Shown: positions 60,964 through 64,000 of the stretch, piece by piece | How the letters are laid out: each line of letters begins with the position of its first letter | Numbering within the stretch: the first letter of the stretch is position 1 | From: an uncultured bacterium | GTDB taxonomy: Bacteria > Actinomycetota > Acidimicrobiia > Spongiisociales > UBA5794 | Length of the DNA: 64,000 nt | Direction of reading: 5' to 3' | Assembly: GCA_963801165.1 (NCBI GenBank) | Contig: CAWDDT010000004.1 | Span: 672,001-736,000, forward strand | The notes under the pieces: model-generated | The model's input: only the letters and a program-made list of their open reading frames with translations | Told to the model about the DNA's origin: nothing | The model's database searches: none | Made by a program: the position numbers and the translations under genes

Positions 60964-62000
60964 GAGTTGCTCCCGTTCCACTCGATCTTCTTGAGTCCGG
61001 CGTCGACCAGGGCACGCTCCTGTTTAGCCAGCTCGAGATCCGATGCGACCATCATTTCGACGAGCTCCGAGAAGTTGATGTTCGGCTTCCATCCGAGTTC
61101 ACGGCGCGCCTTGCTCGCATCGCCCTGGAGCAGATCGACCTCAGCCGGCCGCATATACCGGGTATCGACCGCGACGTACTGTTCCCAGTCGAGGTCGAGC
61201 AGCTCGAATGTGTGCTCTGCGAATTCGCGCACCGAGTGACGCTCGCCGGTGGCGATCACGAAATCGTCCGGCGTGTCTTGTTGGAGGAGCAGCCACATAG
61301 CCTCCGTGTAGTCCCCGGCAAAACCCCAGTCGCGCTCGGCATCGAGGTTGCCCAGGTAGAGCTTCTTTTGCAACCCGAGCTTGATCCGGGTCGCCGCTCT
61401 CGTGATCTTGCGGGTGACGAAGGTCTCGCCACGCCGCGGCGACTCATGATTGAAGAGGATGCCATTGCAGGCAAACATGTCGTAGGCCTCGCGGTAGTTG
61501 ACGGTCTGCCAGTAGCTGTAGACCTTGTCGACCGCATACGGTGACCGGGGATGGAAGGGAGTCGTCTCGGACTGCGGGGTCTCGGCAACCTTCCCGTACA
61601 TCTCCGACGAGGACGCCTGATAGAACCGGATCTCCGGGTTGGTCATTCGGATCGCCTCGAGGAGGCGTAGCGTCCCCAATGCGTCGATGTCGGCCGTGTA
61701 GAGCGGGTTCTGAAACGACACGGCGACATGGCTCTGGGCGCCGAGGTTGTACACCTCGAGCGGCTTCACTTCGTTGAGGAGGCGGCTAAGGCCGCTGCCG
61801 TCGGCGAGATCTCCGTAGTGGAGGAAGAGCTTGGCAGTAGGGAGATGGGAATCGAGATAGAGATGATCGATACGCTCGGTCGTGAACGTTGAGGTCCGCC
61901 GGATGAGACCGTGTACCTCATATCCCTTGTCGATCAGCTGCTCGGCGAGGTACGAGCCATCCTGGCCGGTGATGCCGGTCACCAAGGCACGGCGTGTCAT
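60960..62000 (-). CDS. gmd: GDP-mannose 4,6-dehydratase
   Basis: [45 protein letters not shown] and RPAEVD. Confidence 0.96.
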   Translation of the reverse strand: MTRRALVTGITGQDGSYLAEQLIDKGYEVHGLIRRTSTFTTERIDHLYLDSHLPTAKLFLHYGDLADGSGLSRLLNEVKPLEVYNLGAQSHVAVSFQNPLYTADIDALGTLRLLEAIRMTNPEIRFYQASSSEMYGKVAETPQSETTPFHPRSPYAVDKVYSYWQTVNYREAYDMFACNGILFNHESPRRGETFVTRKITRAATRIKLGLQKKLYLGNLDAERDWGFAGDYTEAMWLLLQQDTPDDFVIATGERHSVREFAEHTFELLDLDWEQYVAVDTRYMRPAEVDLLQGDASKARRELGWKPNINFSELVEMMVASDLELAKQERALVDAGLKKIEWNGSNS

Positions 62001-62151
62001 GGGTAGTCTCCTGTTCTCGGCACTGCGCGCCCGCGCTCTGCCGCCTGGTACGAGTGTGGTGTGTATGGATGGTTGGCACCCACCGTAGACAATCTACTGC
62101 CATCTCCAGCGGCCCAGCCGGGGGGAGGCCGCATGTGACCCCCAAAAAAGG

Positions 62152-63039
62152 TCAAGACTCCAGATCCTCGATTGTCTTCGGCCAGTCGTCCTTGAGAAGA
62201 CGTGACAGCGAGCGATCGGCGAGGATCTTGCCGTTTGTCTGGCATCCCGGGCAATAGTTGGTCTCTCGAGACGCATAGACGATGCGCTGGATCGGCGTGC
62301 CACATACCGGGCACGGCTCGTTGAACTTGCCGTGGACGGCCATTTTTGGGTGGAAGGCGGTCACTTTCTCGGGAAAGCCGTCCCCCGTGTCTTCGCGGCG
62401 GATGGCGACCCACTTCTCCAGCGTCGACCGGCATGCAGCGAACAGCCGCTCGATCTCATCTAGCGTCAGATTCGTGTTCATCTGCATGGGGGAGAGCCGG
62501 GCGGCGTGCATGATCTCGTCGCCGAAGGCACCACCGATTCCGGATATTCGGCGGGCGTCGGAGAGCGCCCGCTTCAGCGTGTGCCGTTCGGCGGTGAGCG
62601 CCGCGGTGAACTCGCCAAGCGTGGCAGTGTCTATCTCGATGCCGCCCGGGTCGAGGTCGTGGAGCGCATCCTCACCGCGGACGACATGCAGCGACGCACG
62701 ACGCTTGGTGCCTGCCTCGGTGAGCATCAACGTGCCCCGCGAGAAATCAAAGGCGGCGAGCCCGACCTTCGCCGGGATCTTCTTGCGTTCCGTATGCCAG
62801 TGGAGACGGCCGGCAACCATGAGATGCAGCACCGCAAACAGATCGTCCTCGAACTCGAACACGATGCGCTTGCCCATACGGCGCAACCCGGCGAGCCGCT
62901 TCCCGAACAGTGCGTCTACCGGGGGGTCATAAGTTCGAAGCAGCGCAAATGACCTCACCCGCACCTCTTCGAGGACATCGCCGCCCACGTGCCTGTCGAT
63001 GGCGTCCAGGTAGGTGACGATCTCGGGTAACTCGGGCAT
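62152..63039 (-). CDS. Fpg/Nei family DNA glycosylase
   Basis: N-terminal MPELPE, GK, HLMVAG, H2TH ISGIG and zinc finger CPVC...CPGCQ. Confidence 0.9.
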   Translation of the reverse strand: MPELPEIVTYLDAIDRHVGGDVLEEVRVRSFALLRTYDPPVDALFGKRLAGLRRMGKRIVFEFEDDLFAVLHLMVAGRLHWHTERKKIPAKVGLAAFDFSRGTLMLTEAGTKRRASLHVVRGEDALHDLDPGGIEIDTATLGEFTAALTAERHTLKRALSDARRISGIGGAFGDEIMHAARLSPMQMNTNLTLDEIERLFAACRSTLEKWVAIRREDTGDGFPEKVTAFHPKMAVHGKFNEPCPVCGTPIQRIVYASRETNYCPGCQTNGKILADRSLSRLLKDDWPKTIEDLES

Positions 63040-63740
63040 CAGCGGAACATGTCCTCACCGGCCGAGCGCACTAGATCGGTGAGCCTGCCTTCGCCGGGTT
63101 GCCACGCCACTCCCCGCACTACGGCTACCGGGATTGCCGTGGACTTCCCCATTGCCAGATCGGCTGCTGCGGCGATCTCGTCCACGATGGCGATCTCGGT
63201 TGCTTCCATGATGCGACCGTTGGCATCGGGTCGTCCTCGGTGATCATCGATGGCCGCGATGCCGGAGATCCCGATGGCGATGTCGGTTTGACCGCGGCGC
63301 CAGGCTCTTCCGAACGTATCGGTGACGATCACGGGCACGTCGACGCCGGTTGCTTGTCGCACCCGCATACGAATCCCATGTGCCGACCGGTCCGGGTCGA
63401 GGGGCAATAACACGGCCCGATCGCCCGTTACGTTGGAGCGGTCGACCCCGGCGTTGGCGCAGATGAATCCGTGCCGCGTCTGGGCGATGACAAGATCACC
63501 GCGTCTCCGGATAATCGCCCTGGCTTCCGCTTCGATGGCGGTGCGATAGGCAGTCTCGTCGACAGCTTCGAAGATCCGTCCTTCGGCTTTGGAGACGATC
63601 TTGTGAGTGACGACTAGCACGTCACCGGGCTGCACCTCGGGCCCGGACGTCTCTATGGCGGCGATGATCAGAGCAGCGACATCGTTGCCCGGCTCGACTT
63701 CGGGAATGCCCGTTACCGGGAAGATCTGGACGGTTTGCAT
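63039..63740 (-). CDS. cofE: Coenzyme F420-0:L-glutamate ligase
   Basis: GIPEV.PG.D, KIVSKAEGR, ANAGVDRSN, TDTFGRAWRRG and DEIAAAADL. Confidence 0.93.
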   Translation of the reverse strand: MQTVQIFPVTGIPEVEPGNDVAALIIAAIETSGPEVQPGDVLVVTHKIVSKAEGRIFEAVDETAYRTAIEAEARAIIRRRGDLVIAQTRHGFICANAGVDRSNVTGDRAVLLPLDPDRSAHGIRMRVRQATGVDVPVIVTDTFGRAWRRGQTDIAIGISGIAAIDDHRGRPDANGRIMEATEIAIVDEIAAAADLAMGKSTAIPVAVVRGVAWQPGEGRLTDLVRSAGEDMFR

Positions 63741-64000
63741 CAGGCCATGGTATCCATCAGCCATGTACCAAAGCGCGCTCCCTCAGCAGCGGTGATCATC
63801 CTGGTGTCGGCGGCTACGACCTCGACGCTGGGGGTGGATAGCGCTTCGTCCGCCGCGTCGGTGGTGTCGACGACCAACGTGGAGATGAGCCCGCGGTAGG
63901 CCTCGAGGATTCCAGCGGTGCCCGGGGGGAGACCGAGCGACGCGAGCACGCGGTCGGCCGGTCCCTTCAGCGCCTTCCCGGCAAAGAGCGGGCTGACCGC
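63740..64000 (-). CDS. cofD: 2-phospho-L-lactate transferase, C-terminal part (truncated by window end)
   Basis: AVSPLFAGKALKGPADR...VVD..D...DTRM; coupled to cofE. Confidence 0.85.
   Translation of the reverse strand, partial: AVSPLFAGKALKGPADRVLASLGLPPGTAGILEAYRGLISTLVVDTTDAADEALSTPSVEVVAADTRMITAAEGARFGTWLMDTMA

Noticed and set aside
61520-61545. Inactivating change in gmd (YAVDK instead of the usual YAVAK)
   Set aside because: The catalytic YxxxK is intact; a single-base change that may be an error or a tolerated variant.
1-64000. tRNA, rRNA, IS element, integrase or prophage
   Set aside because: No cloverleaf or rRNA signature, transposase, integrase or phage structural gene was recognised by eye.

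Overview
High-GC bacterial chromosomal window, most consistent with an actinobacterium of the Acidimicrobiia (inferred from cofD/cofE F420 genes, PASTA-bearing PonA, pcc/mutase genes and probable leaderless genes). Bases 1-28 kb are mostly housekeeping genes: lipA (partial), M24 peptidase, tkt, PduO-type adenosyltransferase, pepA, a CAP protein, three ABC exporters, moeB, a sirtuin, a GT-C-like membrane protein, a lytic transglycosylase, an arginase-like protein, ponA, methylmalonyl-CoA mutase, propionyl-CoA carboxylase and birA. Bases ~28-62 kb hold a ~33 kb cell-surface glycan locus. It encodes two Wzc-like co-polymerases without a Tyr cluster, two Wzx-like flippases, one Wzy/WaaL-like protein, priming and TagA/WecG transferases, GT2/GT4 enzymes, Ugd, Gmd/Fcl, a GMC oxidoreductase and a UDP-apiose-synthase/ArnA-like decarboxylase. 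Embedded in it are four secreted proteins sharing a Cys-containing SLH-like triple repeat (a PIG-L deacetylase, two tandem TolB-like propellers and a beta-helix protein). This glycan-plus-SLH module is the best candidate for an undescribed system. asnS, a REP-like tandem repeat, an Fpg/Nei gene and cofE/cofD close the window. Local indels (about 28.95, 39.95 and 40.6-41.7 kb) are probably sequencing errors. No rRNA, tRNA, CRISPR, IS or prophage was recognised. All calls are by eye; no searches were run.
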